Positions 8,082 through 16,642 of a stretch of 64,000 bases of DNA are shown here, in pieces. How positions within the stretch are numbered: position 1 is the stretch's first letter; every line of letters starts with the position of its first letter. Under the pieces are notes generated by a model that was given only the letters and a program-made list of their open reading frames with translations, searched no databases and was not told where the DNA came from. The translations under genes were made by a program, and so were the position numbers. The DNA comes from Pseudomonadota bacterium (GTDB lineage Bacteria; Pseudomonadota; Gammaproteobacteria; Xanthomonadales; Wenzhouxiangellaceae), in assembly GCA_013285445.1 (NCBI GenBank), contig CP053448.1:2523530-2587529 (forward strand), written 5' to 3'.

Positions 8082-9893
8082 TTACAGGCCCAGATCCTGC
8101 CAGCGCAACGGTTCGCCGGGTGGTGGCGGCTCCGGGTTGATGAAGCGGTCATGGCCCATCGCTCCTTCGCCGTCGAGCACCTCGCGCACCCGATCCAGCG
8201 CCCGCCAGGCATACGGCAGCAGCGGCACGTAGCGACCGGCGACACCGGGCGCGCCGACCAGCACGTCGAAGTGCTGGGCATCGGCGACTTCCCAGTAGGC
8301 CACGTTGCCACCCTTGGCGCGCGCCTGCTTGATCCAGGGCCGGCTGCTGAACGCTGCCGGGATGAGCCCGTCATCCCGGCCGTGCACAACCAGCACCGGG
8401 ACGTTGCCCACGCTGGCGGTGGCACGAGTCCGCTCGACGGCCTCGGCCAGCTGCCGCGCCGCTTCATCCTCTCCTGTCTGCAGCCGGCGCAGACACAGCA
8501 GTCCCGGCAGGGCCGGATCCTGCCCGTCGGCAAGCCGGTCAATCATCTCGATACCGCCGCCGGGCCCCACCCCCGAATGGGTTGACCACCAGGCCTGGCG
8601 CTGGGAAGCCGTCGCGTTGGCGGCCTGCATGGCATAACCACACGGCATGTCGAACGGTCCCCGCCGCAGGTAAGAGGATGCATAGTTGGCTGCGACCGTG
8701 CGCCACAAGTCCAGCAGCACGTTGACCGCCGACTGATCCAGTGCCCCGCGCTCGAAACCCGCATCGTGCAACACCCGGCGTGCCGCCGCAGCATCGGCTT
8801 GTTCCAGCAGCCCTGCGCGCGCCAGCGCGGCGCAGCGCAGCTCGCCGCTGGCCGCCAGTGCCGGGTGACCCAACGGCATATCGCCGGTCCGCTCCAGATC
8901 GGCCAGCAGACAGGGTTGATAGAGCGCGGCGAGCGTGGCGTAGTCAAACAGTGCGGGCAGGCCCGGCGGAACAACATTGGGCGCTACAGCAACGACCGCA
9001 TCGAGCAGCTGCGTCTTGTCGGCTTCGGCAGCGCGCAGGACAGCACCACCGCCGTTCGACAGCCCGACCGCGATGACCCGGGTCTTGCCGGGCTCGAAGG
9101 CCTGCGGAAACTCCTGCTGAAGCACGTTGAGCCCAAAGCGCGCCGTGCGCAGCACGTGCAGGCCCCAGTCAGACTCCGGATGATCGCCCGAGTGGGCGTG
9201 CGGCATGCCGACGGTCGCCTCGGCCGACACCCCGTCGATCTCCGTTGCCTCGTTCAACGCAGGCGCCTCGAACCCGAGACTGGCCTGACCACGAGCGACG
9301 CGCAGGCCGGACAGTGCGGTGCCGGTATCGTCGGCATAGTCGAAGAAATCGGTACCTGCCCCCTTGTCGGTGTAGGCAACGGCACAGCCGGCCGGCAGCG
9401 CCCATGGGCCGGCGACCGGCAGGCCACCATAGATGCCGCGCGATCCCGACGATGGCGCCACCACCAGACAGGGCGCCTCGACGTCGAATGCGTCGGGCAG
9501 CTGGAGCATGACGCGAAACGGCTGCGACGCGCCCGGGATGCGGTCGAAGGCGTGAAACTCGCGACCGGGCACCGCCGGCAGCCGCTCAAGCAGGCCGCCC
9601 AGGCCTGCTGATGGCGTGAACGAATACAGGCCGCTCCAGGCTGCGCGAATTGCCATCCGGCGCAGCCCTGCCGGCGTTGCGTCTTTCCCGTCACCCGGCA
9701 ATGCATCAGCCAGTCCGTCCAGACCCAGGCCAGCGCTCAGCAGGTCATCACCGTCGCGATGGATCGTGCTGCGGATTTCCAGACCAGGCCTGGAAAAGGC
9801 TTCAGTCTGCGTCTCGCGATCAGAGCGGGGTGCTTCACAGCCGGCCAGGGCAGCCGAGACCGCGAGCAGCATGCATAGCAGTCGATGCGTCAT
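8082..9893 (-). CDS. lipoprotein, probable D-(-)-3-hydroxybutyrate oligomer hydrolase family (alpha/beta-hydrolase)
   Basis: Signal peptide with a lipobox (LLAVSAALAGC) and a serine-nucleophile motif (VGLSNGGGA). Size and divergent pairing with bdhA fit the 3HB-oligomer hydrolase family. The family assignment is from memory. Confidence 0.6.
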   Translation of the reverse strand: MTHRLLCMLLAVSAALAGCEAPRSDRETQTEAFSRPGLEIRSTIHRDGDDLLSAGLGLDGLADALPGDGKDATPAGLRRMAIRAAWSGLYSFTPSAGLGGLLERLPAVPGREFHAFDRIPGASQPFRVMLQLPDAFDVEAPCLVVAPSSGSRGIYGGLPVAGPWALPAGCAVAYTDKGAGTDFFDYADDTGTALSGLRVARGQASLGFEAPALNEATEIDGVSAEATVGMPHAHSGDHPESDWGLHVLRTARFGLNVLQQEFPQAFEPGKTRVIAVGLSNGGGAVLRAAEADKTQLLDAVVAVAPNVVPPGLPALFDYATLAALYQPCLLADLERTGDMPLGHPALAASGELRCAALARAGLLEQADAAAARRVLHDAGFERGALDQSAVNVLLDLWRTVAANYASSYLRRGPFDMPCGYAMQAANATASQRQAWWSTHSGVGPGGGIEMIDRLADGQDPALPGLLCLRRLQTGEDEAARQLAEAVERTRATASVGNVPVLVVHGRDDGLIPAAFSSRPWIKQARAKGGNVAYWEVADAQHFDVLVGAPGVAGRYVPLLPYAWRALDRVREVLDGEGAMGHDRFINPEPPPPGEPLRWQDLGL

Positions 9894-10032
9894 GACAGGA
9901 ATACCGGCTCAACCAGGCTGTACTCTAGCAGCACCGATGCGGCCAGCTGAAATGGACTTTCGTACAGCTTCACCGGCGGTCATGCTCTGCTACGCTCTGC
10001 TCCAGGGCACCGGGCATCGAAGGAGACGGTCA

Positions 10033-10815
10033 GTGACTCACAGGCAGGAAGGCAGGCAACTTCGCACTCTGATTACCGGAGCCGGCAGCGGCATTGGCGC
10101 CGGCATCGCGACCGAACTGGCCCGCGCCGGGCATCGGATTCTGGCCAGCGACCTCGACCAGGATGCTGCCGAACTGACCGCCTGGCAAATCAGACAGGAT
10201 GGCGGCCAGGCCGGGGCATTCGCGCTGGACGTGACCCGTGACGACGACGTCGAGCGCCTGATCGGCGAACTGGACGATGGGGTCGACGTGCTGGTCAACA
10301 ACGCCGGCCTGCAGCACGTCGCGCCGCTGGAAGACTTTCCGATGCAACAGTGGGACCAGCTCGTGCAGGTCATGCTGGTCGGCAGCGCGCGCCTGACCCG
10401 GGCGGTGCTGCCGGGTATGCGCGCCCGGGATTTCGGACGGATCGTCAATATCGGCTCGATTCACTCACTGGTCGCCAGCCCCTACAAATCGGCCTATGTC
10501 GCGGCCAAGCACGGCCTGACCGGACTGGCCAAGGTCGTCGCGCTGGAGACCGCCGATACCGACATCACGATCAACACGATCTGCCCGACCTACGTCAAGA
10601 CGCCGCTGGTTGAACGACAGATCGCCGCCCAGGCCAGGACGCACGGTATCTCCGAGGACCGGGTAGTCGACGAAATCATGCTCAAACCCATGCCCAAGGG
10701 CGTGTTCATCTCGTTCGAGGAGCTGGCCGGGATCTGCGCCTTTCTGATCGGGCCGGACGCGCGCAACATCACCGGCCAGTGCATCGTCGTCGACGGTGGC
10801 TGGACGGTGCAATAA
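10033..10815 (+). CDS. bdhA: 3-hydroxybutyrate dehydrogenase (SDR family)
   Basis: GTG at 10033 lies 6 nt after AGGAGA. It has the Rossmann motif TGAGSGIG, NNAG, and the catalytic YKSAYVAAKHGLTGL typical of BDH. The listed ORF upstream of 10033 overlaps the hydrolase gene. Confidence 0.8.
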   Translation: MTHRQEGRQLRTLITGAGSGIGAGIATELARAGHRILASDLDQDAAELTAWQIRQDGGQAGAFALDVTRDDDVERLIGELDDGVDVLVNNAGLQHVAPLEDFPMQQWDQLVQVMLVGSARLTRAVLPGMRARDFGRIVNIGSIHSLVASPYKSAYVAAKHGLTGLAKVVALETADTDITINTICPTYVKTPLVERQIAAQARTHGISEDRVVDEIMLKPMPKGVFISFEELAGICAFLIGPDARNITGQCIVVDGGWTVQ

Positions 10816-10833
10816 GGAACGGTTCTTGGTTCG

Positions 10834-11496
10834 ATGACCACTCGAGTCCTCATCGCCGACGATCACCCGCTCTTTCGCGGAGCGCTGGTTCAAGCCCTGG
10901 CGGCCTGCCTGAGCGACGTATCCGTCCTGGAGGCCCGCGATCTGCCCGAAACCGCCGCCCGACTCGACGAGCATGAGGACATTGACCTGCTGCTGCTCGA
11001 TCTGCATATGCCGGGCAACCAGGGGCTGGCCGGGCTGGCCTCGATCCGCTGTCATTTTCCGGCCGTAGCCGTGGTCGTGGTTTCGGCCAACGAAGACCCG
11101 CGGGTGATCCGTCGGGCGCTGGACCATGGCGCAGCCGGATTCATTCCCAAGAGCTCCGGCCTGGACGAGCTGACCCAGGCCCTCGATACGGTACTGGGCT
11201 GCCAGGAATGGGTGCCTCCGCACCTGGCTCGCGCGGTGGCCGATATCGAATCCGACGATGAGGACCTGGCCCTGGCCGCCCGCTTCGCCCGCCTGACCCC
11301 GCAGCAGTTTCGCGTCCTCGAGCGGGTCGCCGAAGGCCGGCTCAACAAGCAGATCGCCGACGAGCTCGGTATCCAGGAACGCACGGTCAAGGCGCACATG
11401 AGCGAGATCTTCAGCAAGCTCGAAGTGCGCAACCGAACCCAGGCCGGCATCGCCTATCGCCGCCTGGAACTGGTCGATCCGGCCCGGCTGGACTGA
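10834..11496 (+). CDS. NarL/FixJ (LuxR)-family response regulator
   Basis: Receiver domain (VLIADDHPLFRGAL ... LLLLDLHMPG) plus a C-terminal LuxR HTH (LTPQQFRVLERVAEGRLNKQIADELGIQERTVKAHMSEIFSKL). It starts 18 nt after bdhA. Confidence 0.85.
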   Translation: MTTRVLIADDHPLFRGALVQALAACLSDVSVLEARDLPETAARLDEHEDIDLLLLDLHMPGNQGLAGLASIRCHFPAVAVVVVSANEDPRVIRRALDHGAAGFIPKSSGLDELTQALDTVLGCQEWVPPHLARAVADIESDDEDLALAARFARLTPQQFRVLERVAEGRLNKQIADELGIQERTVKAHMSEIFSKLEVRNRTQAGIAYRRLELVDPARLD

Positions 11497-11505
11497 CGGC
11501 TGGCG

Positions 11506-13785
11506 TCAGGGCAGCTCGAAACGGTCGCCGAAGAGGTCATCCGTTGCCGGAACGACCTCGTAGGGCAGCGGCGGGCTCAGCTCGGAGGTATTTCCGTCGA
11601 TATCAATGACCAGGGCACTGAGCAGCCCCGCGGCAAACGGCGGGTCGATCAGGATGGTCCGGGTCGAATTTGGCGTCTGGCTGTAGACGTCGCGGTGAAT
11701 GCGGTAGATATCGCGCTGCAGATTGGTCTCGATGTAGAAGTCGACCGTCAGCGGATAACTGGAGCTGGCCAGGGCGCTGTCGATGCGATAGCGGATCTCA
11801 AGTTGCCCGCCAATGCTGGCCAGTCCGGTGATCTCCGGATAGTTCTGCAGATTGTTCGGCCCGCTGTCGCCATCGCCAGGGTCGTTGGCCGTGGCGCCGT
11901 TGTCACCCAGATCGATGTGCCGATCGCCATTCTCGCCGAAGTGGTTGGAGTCGAAGCGATTGCGCGTGCCCGCCGCGCCGGCGACCCGGATGCCGTCGTT
12001 GCCGTTGTGGTGCAGGTTATTGTCGCGGATCAGGTTCAGATCCGAGCCGTTGGCGACAAACACGCCCGCGTTGAGGTTGCCCAGATCCGAAAAAGTCACT
12101 CCGCCAACGGTATTCGAGCGCACGATATTGGCGTCGCCGGCAATCTGGATGCCGTCCGAGCCGTTGAAACCGACCAGGTTGCCATCACAGCCCGCGTCCG
12201 GGTCGCCGATGCGGTTGCCGCCACCGTCGATCCGGACGCCCTCGGACGCATTGCCGGCATTCTGGAGGCCATCACCCACCCCGATGAAGTTGCCGCACAC
12301 GCGCGTTGAAGTGCCCTCGAGCGCGATGCCGTCGAAGTTGTTGCCGATCCGGTTGTAGCTGATGCTGGTGTCCGTCGGGCCATTGCGAACGCGAACGCCG
12401 GCGTTGCCCACGCCGATGTCGGTTCCGTCACTGCGCATGCCGATCAGGTTGTTGCTCACCACATTGCCTGATCCACTGACCACGTCCACACCATCATCAT
12501 CAACCGCGCCGATGACGTTGTTCTCCACCGTGTTGCCCCCCGCCGCCAGTACGACCCCGTTGGCGGCATTTCCGACGACCGTTGTGTTGAGCAAGCCGAT
12601 GTTGTTGCTCTCAACGGCATTGTTCGCGTCGGCCAGGTAGATGGCATCATTGTCATTGTTGAATACCTGATTGGATGTGATCGTGTTGCCGGATCCGGAC
12701 GACAGCTGCACGCCGCGCTGCAGATTCTCATAGATCCAGTTGTTCTCGATGGCGTTGTTGTGGCTGGCCAGCGCATTGCCCACATGAATGCCGTGGCCAG
12801 CGTTGGCCGCGATCAGATTGCGCCGGTCGAGATTGACCGTATCGCCAATCTCGCTGTTTGCGCCGTTGAGCGCAACCCCGTTGCCGCTGTTGAACATGAT
12901 CTGGTTGATGTAGATTTTCTGACCCCCGGTCATCGCTCGAATGCCGTCACCGCCGTTGTAGCCGATGTAGTTGGGGCTGATTTCGGAGTTCAGCACCAGG
13001 CCGATGACGTTGTCGGGGCCGAGCAACTGAATGCCGTGGCCGGCGTTGCCGAAGGAATCACTGCCTGCAGGACTCACCCCGATGTAGTTGCCGGCAATCA
13101 GGCTGTCCTCGCCGAGCTGCAGGAAGATGCCGTCCTCGGCATTGCTGGAGATGAGGTTGCCGCGACCAACGATACGGGTCGGCGAGAAGGCGGCTTTCGT
13201 TCCAACGGTGCATATGTCGCAGTTGCTGAGAAACACGCCACTGCCGCCATTGCCGCTAGCGCTTTCATCGTGGCGTACGCCGATCCAGTTGGAGTCGATC
13301 TCGACGTTGCTCGAGTTGATGGCCTCGATGCCGTTATCGGGAAAGTCGTAGATTGCCAGGCCCTTGATCCGGACAACTGCGGCGTTGGCCACGCGCAGCC
13401 CGTCGGCCGTGGTTCCACTCAGCGCCGAGCCGGACAGCCGCACCAGCGGGGTCGCGTCCAGCACGGATGTTGCCGCGCTGTTGTAGCCCGGCGCCGTGGT
13501 GGCATCGATCGTGACCCCATTCGTTGTAATGGTCGGCAGCGGTGTTGATGGCGTAATCGTAAACAGGCCGACCGAGAATTCGATCAGGTGACCGCCACCA
13601 AATGCGTTGGCCTCCTCAATCGCCGCTCTGAGCGTGCATCGCGGCGGCCCGCCAATCGGGATATCGCAGAATCCGTCACCGGGATTGGCATCCGAGGCAT
13701 CACCAATGTCATTGACGACAAAAGCATGGCTGTAGCCGCCTGCCAGCAGAAAGACCAGGCTTGCCGCGCCCAGGAATCGGTTCAT
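11506..13785 (-). CDS. secreted right-handed parallel beta-helix repeat protein with an N-terminal CSLREA-like motif
   Basis: ATG at 13785 lies 7 nt after GAGGAG. It has a signal peptide (MNRFLGAASLVFLLAGGYSHA) and the motif CTLRAAIEEAN. More than 20 Gly/Asn/Ile-rich ~22-aa repeats follow (NxIxxNxxxGI...), then a C-terminal beta-sandwich-like region after NLQNYPE. Confidence 0.7.
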   Translation of the reverse strand: MNRFLGAASLVFLLAGGYSHAFVVNDIGDASDANPGDGFCDIPIGGPPRCTLRAAIEEANAFGGGHLIEFSVGLFTITPSTPLPTITTNGVTIDATTAPGYNSAATSVLDATPLVRLSGSALSGTTADGLRVANAAVVRIKGLAIYDFPDNGIEAINSSNVEIDSNWIGVRHDESASGNGGSGVFLSNCDICTVGTKAAFSPTRIVGRGNLISSNAEDGIFLQLGEDSLIAGNYIGVSPAGSDSFGNAGHGIQLLGPDNVIGLVLNSEISPNYIGYNGGDGIRAMTGGQKIYINQIMFNSGNGVALNGANSEIGDTVNLDRRNLIAANAGHGIHVGNALASHNNAIENNWIYENLQRGVQLSSGSGNTITSNQVFNNDNDAIYLADANNAVESNNIGLLNTTVVGNAANGVVLAAGGNTVENNVIGAVDDDGVDVVSGSGNVVSNNLIGMRSDGTDIGVGNAGVRVRNGPTDTSISYNRIGNNFDGIALEGTSTRVCGNFIGVGDGLQNAGNASEGVRIDGGGNRIGDPDAGCDGNLVGFNGSDGIQIAGDANIVRSNTVGGVTFSDLGNLNAGVFVANGSDLNLIRDNNLHHNGNDGIRVAGAAGTRNRFDSNHFGENGDRHIDLGDNGATANDPGDGDSGPNNLQNYPEITGLASIGGQLEIRYRIDSALASSSYPLTVDFYIETNLQRDIYRIHRDVYSQTPNSTRTILIDPPFAAGLLSALVIDIDGNTSELSPPLPYEVVPATDDLFGDRFELP

Positions 13786-13917
13786 GAAATGCTCCTCGAT
13801 CAATTCGGGTATCCAGTAAGTCGCAACTGCCGGGATTTTTGTGCCATGGCGCACACGACAGGCTGATTTGCGCGCAGGAATGCGGCAGAATGAGCGCCCG
13901 GACAACACGAATCGATC

Positions 13918-14484
13918 TTGGCCATGGCTCAGGATTCAGGCTCCAGCCCGCCCCGTGGCGGCCCGACGGGACTCGATCCCGGCGGCGGCGATCTCGAGCG
14001 GGTGCGCCAGCTCTACGACGAGCTGCGCCGCATCGCGCGGCGCGAACGCCAGCTCATTCCCTCGGCAACGCTCAATACCACGGCACTGGTCCACGAGGTC
14101 TGGCTGCGCCTGGCCGCCGGGGAGAGCGAATTCCGCGACCGGCGGCATTTTCTCGGCGTGGCGGCGGTGGCCATGCGCCGCATGGTCGTTGACTACGCCC
14201 GCTACCGTCTGGCGCAGAAGCGCGGTGGCGATGTGGTGCAGGTCGAACTGGGTGACGACGATACCGCCACGGTTACCGATCTGGATCACATCCTCGATAT
14301 CGATCAGGCGATTGACGATCTCGACCGTCTCGATCCCCGGCTGGGCCGTCTGGTCGAGCTGCGCTTCTTCACCGGCCTGTCCAACGAGGATGCTGCCGAG
14401 GTGCTCGAAGTTTCAGCGCGCACCGCGGCGCGCGACTGGAAGCGCGCCAAGGCGCTGCTGGCCGCCAACCTGAGCGCTGGCTGA
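13918..14484 (+). CDS. ECF-type RNA polymerase sigma factor (Sigma70_ECF / TIGR02999-like, the kinase-associated ECF group)
   Basis: Region 2 is TALVHEVWLRL...RRHFLGVAAVAMRRMVVDYAR. Region 4 is RLVELRFFTGLSNEDAAEVLEVSARTAARDWKRAKALL. The listed start is TTG at 13918; ATG at 13924 is the more likely start. Confidence 0.8.
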   Translation: MAMAQDSGSSPPRGGPTGLDPGGGDLERVRQLYDELRRIARRERQLIPSATLNTTALVHEVWLRLAAGESEFRDRRHFLGVAAVAMRRMVVDYARYRLAQKRGGDVVQVELGDDDTATVTDLDHILDIDQAIDDLDRLDPRLGRLVELRFFTGLSNEDAAEVLEVSARTAARDWKRAKALLAANLSAG

Positions 14485-14649
14485 GCCCGGTGAGGCGATG
14501 ACGACCGATCAGACTGGCAGACCATCAGCGAGCCGCAATCGATGCCCAACGCAGACAATGACTTGCTCGGGCGTCGGCCGCTGCGCTGGCGACTGGCCTA
14601 CGCCCTGATCGACGGGCGCTGGCACACAGGCTGCCGATGAGTGGCTGAG

Positions 14650-15780
14650 TTAGCGCCTCAGTTCCGGCACAATCCGCCGGAAGGCGTCCACGCAGGCCGC
14701 GCCCAGGTGACGGCAGCGACCGGGCGACCAGCCAATGTCCGGCATGGGCAGGTCAGCGTTGTCCTTGAACGGCATCTCCAGGGTCATGGCCAGACAATCG
14801 AAGGTCTCGGCCATGTAGTCGGTGTTCTTTCTGAGATCCGAACTGCCCGGCGCATCCACCGCATAGCCATGCTCGGTCTGAAAGTCCGGGCTGATTGCTG
14901 CAAGCAGACCCTTGAAGGTGTCGAGCTGATGCTGCTTGCGGTCATTCCAGGACGGCGTCCCCTCGGCGCCGGCGATGAAGTTGTAGGGCAACGCCTCGTC
15001 GCCGTGCACGTCGAAGCACAGATCCACACCGGTCGCGTGCATCTTCTGGCGCGTGAAGTAGACCTCCGGCGAGTCGTCCTCGGACGGCTCGGCCCATTCG
15101 CGGTTGAGATTGCGGCCGCGAGCGTTACAGCGCAGATGGCCGCGCACCGCCCCATCCAGACACATGCAAGGCACCAGGTAGACGACCGACAGCGCCAACA
15201 AGGCGCGTGCCGAGGGATCTTCAGGGTCGAGAAGACGGTCGAGAAATCCCTCGACCCACCATTGGGCCATGGTTTCACCGGGATGCTGGCGCGCAATGAC
15301 CCAGATTGCCAGCCTGTCCGCGTCCGGGCGCCCGATGGTCAGCAGGGTGTGCGGTCGGCCATCGGGCGTCAGGCACAGTGTTTCTGCCGACACCCGCTCA
15401 TCTTCGAGCGCGGCGGCAATCAGTTGCTGATGATCCTGCTGGCTGTAGGGCGCAAAGTAGGCGTACCAGACCACATCGGCCTCGGGCCGGTCCTCGATGA
15501 TCAGCTGTCCGTTTTCAAGGCGGGTATCGACCCGGTACCAGTGCAGCCGATCCGTGCTGGCTACGGCGCGGTAGCCCTCGAAGCCTTCCGGATAGGAGAC
15601 AGCGGCTGCGTTCTCGATGCGCAGGCGGCAGTCGATGCCGGATGCCCCGTCGAGCTGGAAATAGAACCACTGCAGGTGGCGTTCGCCAACGTCCGGGCGA
15701 ATCCTGAGGCGGATGTCGTCGGGACGATCTGCGGAAACGACCTCGATATTGCCGCCATCAAACGATGAATGGATATGCAT
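14650..15780 (-). CDS. M14-family metallocarboxypeptidase, cytosolic-carboxypeptidase (CCP/Nna1)-like
   Basis: The N-terminal beta-sandwich domain begins MHIHSSFDGGNIEV, followed by the zinc motif RQHPGET. The overall layout matches bacterial CCP-like M14 proteins. The 375-aa ORF on the opposite strand has no motifs. Confidence 0.75.
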   Translation of the reverse strand: MHIHSSFDGGNIEVVSADRPDDIRLRIRPDVGERHLQWFYFQLDGASGIDCRLRIENAAAVSYPEGFEGYRAVASTDRLHWYRVDTRLENGQLIIEDRPEADVVWYAYFAPYSQQDHQQLIAAALEDERVSAETLCLTPDGRPHTLLTIGRPDADRLAIWVIARQHPGETMAQWWVEGFLDRLLDPEDPSARALLALSVVYLVPCMCLDGAVRGHLRCNARGRNLNREWAEPSEDDSPEVYFTRQKMHATGVDLCFDVHGDEALPYNFIAGAEGTPSWNDRKQHQLDTFKGLLAAISPDFQTEHGYAVDAPGSSDLRKNTDYMAETFDCLAMTLEMPFKDNADLPMPDIGWSPGRCRHLGAACVDAFRRIVPELRR

Positions 15781-15802
15781 GATTTGGTCCAGGGATCAGG
15801 TT

Positions 15803-16549
15803 TCAGGGTTCGGGCAATGAGTCTATCGCAGGCGCCATCGCGATTTTGCCTTCCTGCCCTTCGACTGGCCAGTCGAACAGGTCCCGCGCAAGACGGGCGA
15901 ACTCGCCGTCCGGAGGCGTCTCGAGGCGAAGGCGGCCGGTCGTTCTCGGATGATCCAGCTCCAGCCGGCTGGCGTGCAGGAGCATTCGGTGACAGGCCAG
16001 GTGCTGGCGGAACAGGCGATTGTGGCGGCCGTCGCCGTAGGTCGTATCGCCGATCAGGTGGTGGGCGATATGCTTGAAATGACGGCGAATCTGGTGACGG
16101 CGGCCGGTCTCCGGCATCGCCTCGACGAGCGAGTAGCGTGCGGTCTCGTGACCGCCGACCGGGATGGGCAGCTCGCAGCGCGCCCGCAGACGGTAGCGGG
16201 TGACGGCCGGCTGTTTCTCGGCGCGCCGCTGCCGCGCCAGGGGGTGATCGATCTCGCCCGCCTGGTCGGTCCAGCCTCGCACGACCGCCAGGTAGCACTT
16301 GCCGACCTGCCGCGTCATGAATGCCCGGCCGAGCCACTTCGCGGTATCGCGGTCGAGCGCGAACATCAGCACACCGGAGGTGGCGCGATCGAGCCGGTGC
16401 ACCGGCCAGACCCGTTGCCCGAGCTGGTCACGCAGGCGCTGCAGCACGAACTGCCGATCGGTACCGATGCTGCTGCGGTGGACCATGATGCCGCACGGCT
16501 TGCTGATTGCGCACAGCCACTGATCCTGGTAGATGACTTCGAGCGGCAT
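15803..16549 (-). CDS. truC: tRNA pseudouridine(65) synthase (RluA family)
   Basis: From the ATG at 16549: LEVIYQDQWLCAISKPCGIMVHRS, HRLDRATSGVLMFAL, YLAVVRGW, GRRHQIRRHFKHI..IGDTTYGD. It is collinear with E. coli TruC. Confidence 0.85.
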   Translation of the reverse strand: MPLEVIYQDQWLCAISKPCGIMVHRSSIGTDRQFVLQRLRDQLGQRVWPVHRLDRATSGVLMFALDRDTAKWLGRAFMTRQVGKCYLAVVRGWTDQAGEIDHPLARQRRAEKQPAVTRYRLRARCELPIPVGGHETARYSLVEAMPETGRRHQIRRHFKHIAHHLIGDTTYGDGRHNRLFRQHLACHRMLLHASRLELDHPRTTGRLRLETPPDGEFARLARDLFDWPVEGQEGKIAMAPAIDSLPEP

Positions 16550-16642
16550 GGCCGGTCCTGGTGGAAATGACTTTACACGCTTGGTTGCGGCAGTATAGGT
16601 TGCCAGCAAGGGGATTTCGCCGGACAGCCGGAGTTGAAGGCC

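Noticed and set aside
14641-15768. 375-aa ORF on the plus strand, the mirror image of the M14 gene
   Set aside because: Only the minus-strand product has recognisable domains (CCP N-domain, HPGE zinc site). The plus-strand product is featureless.
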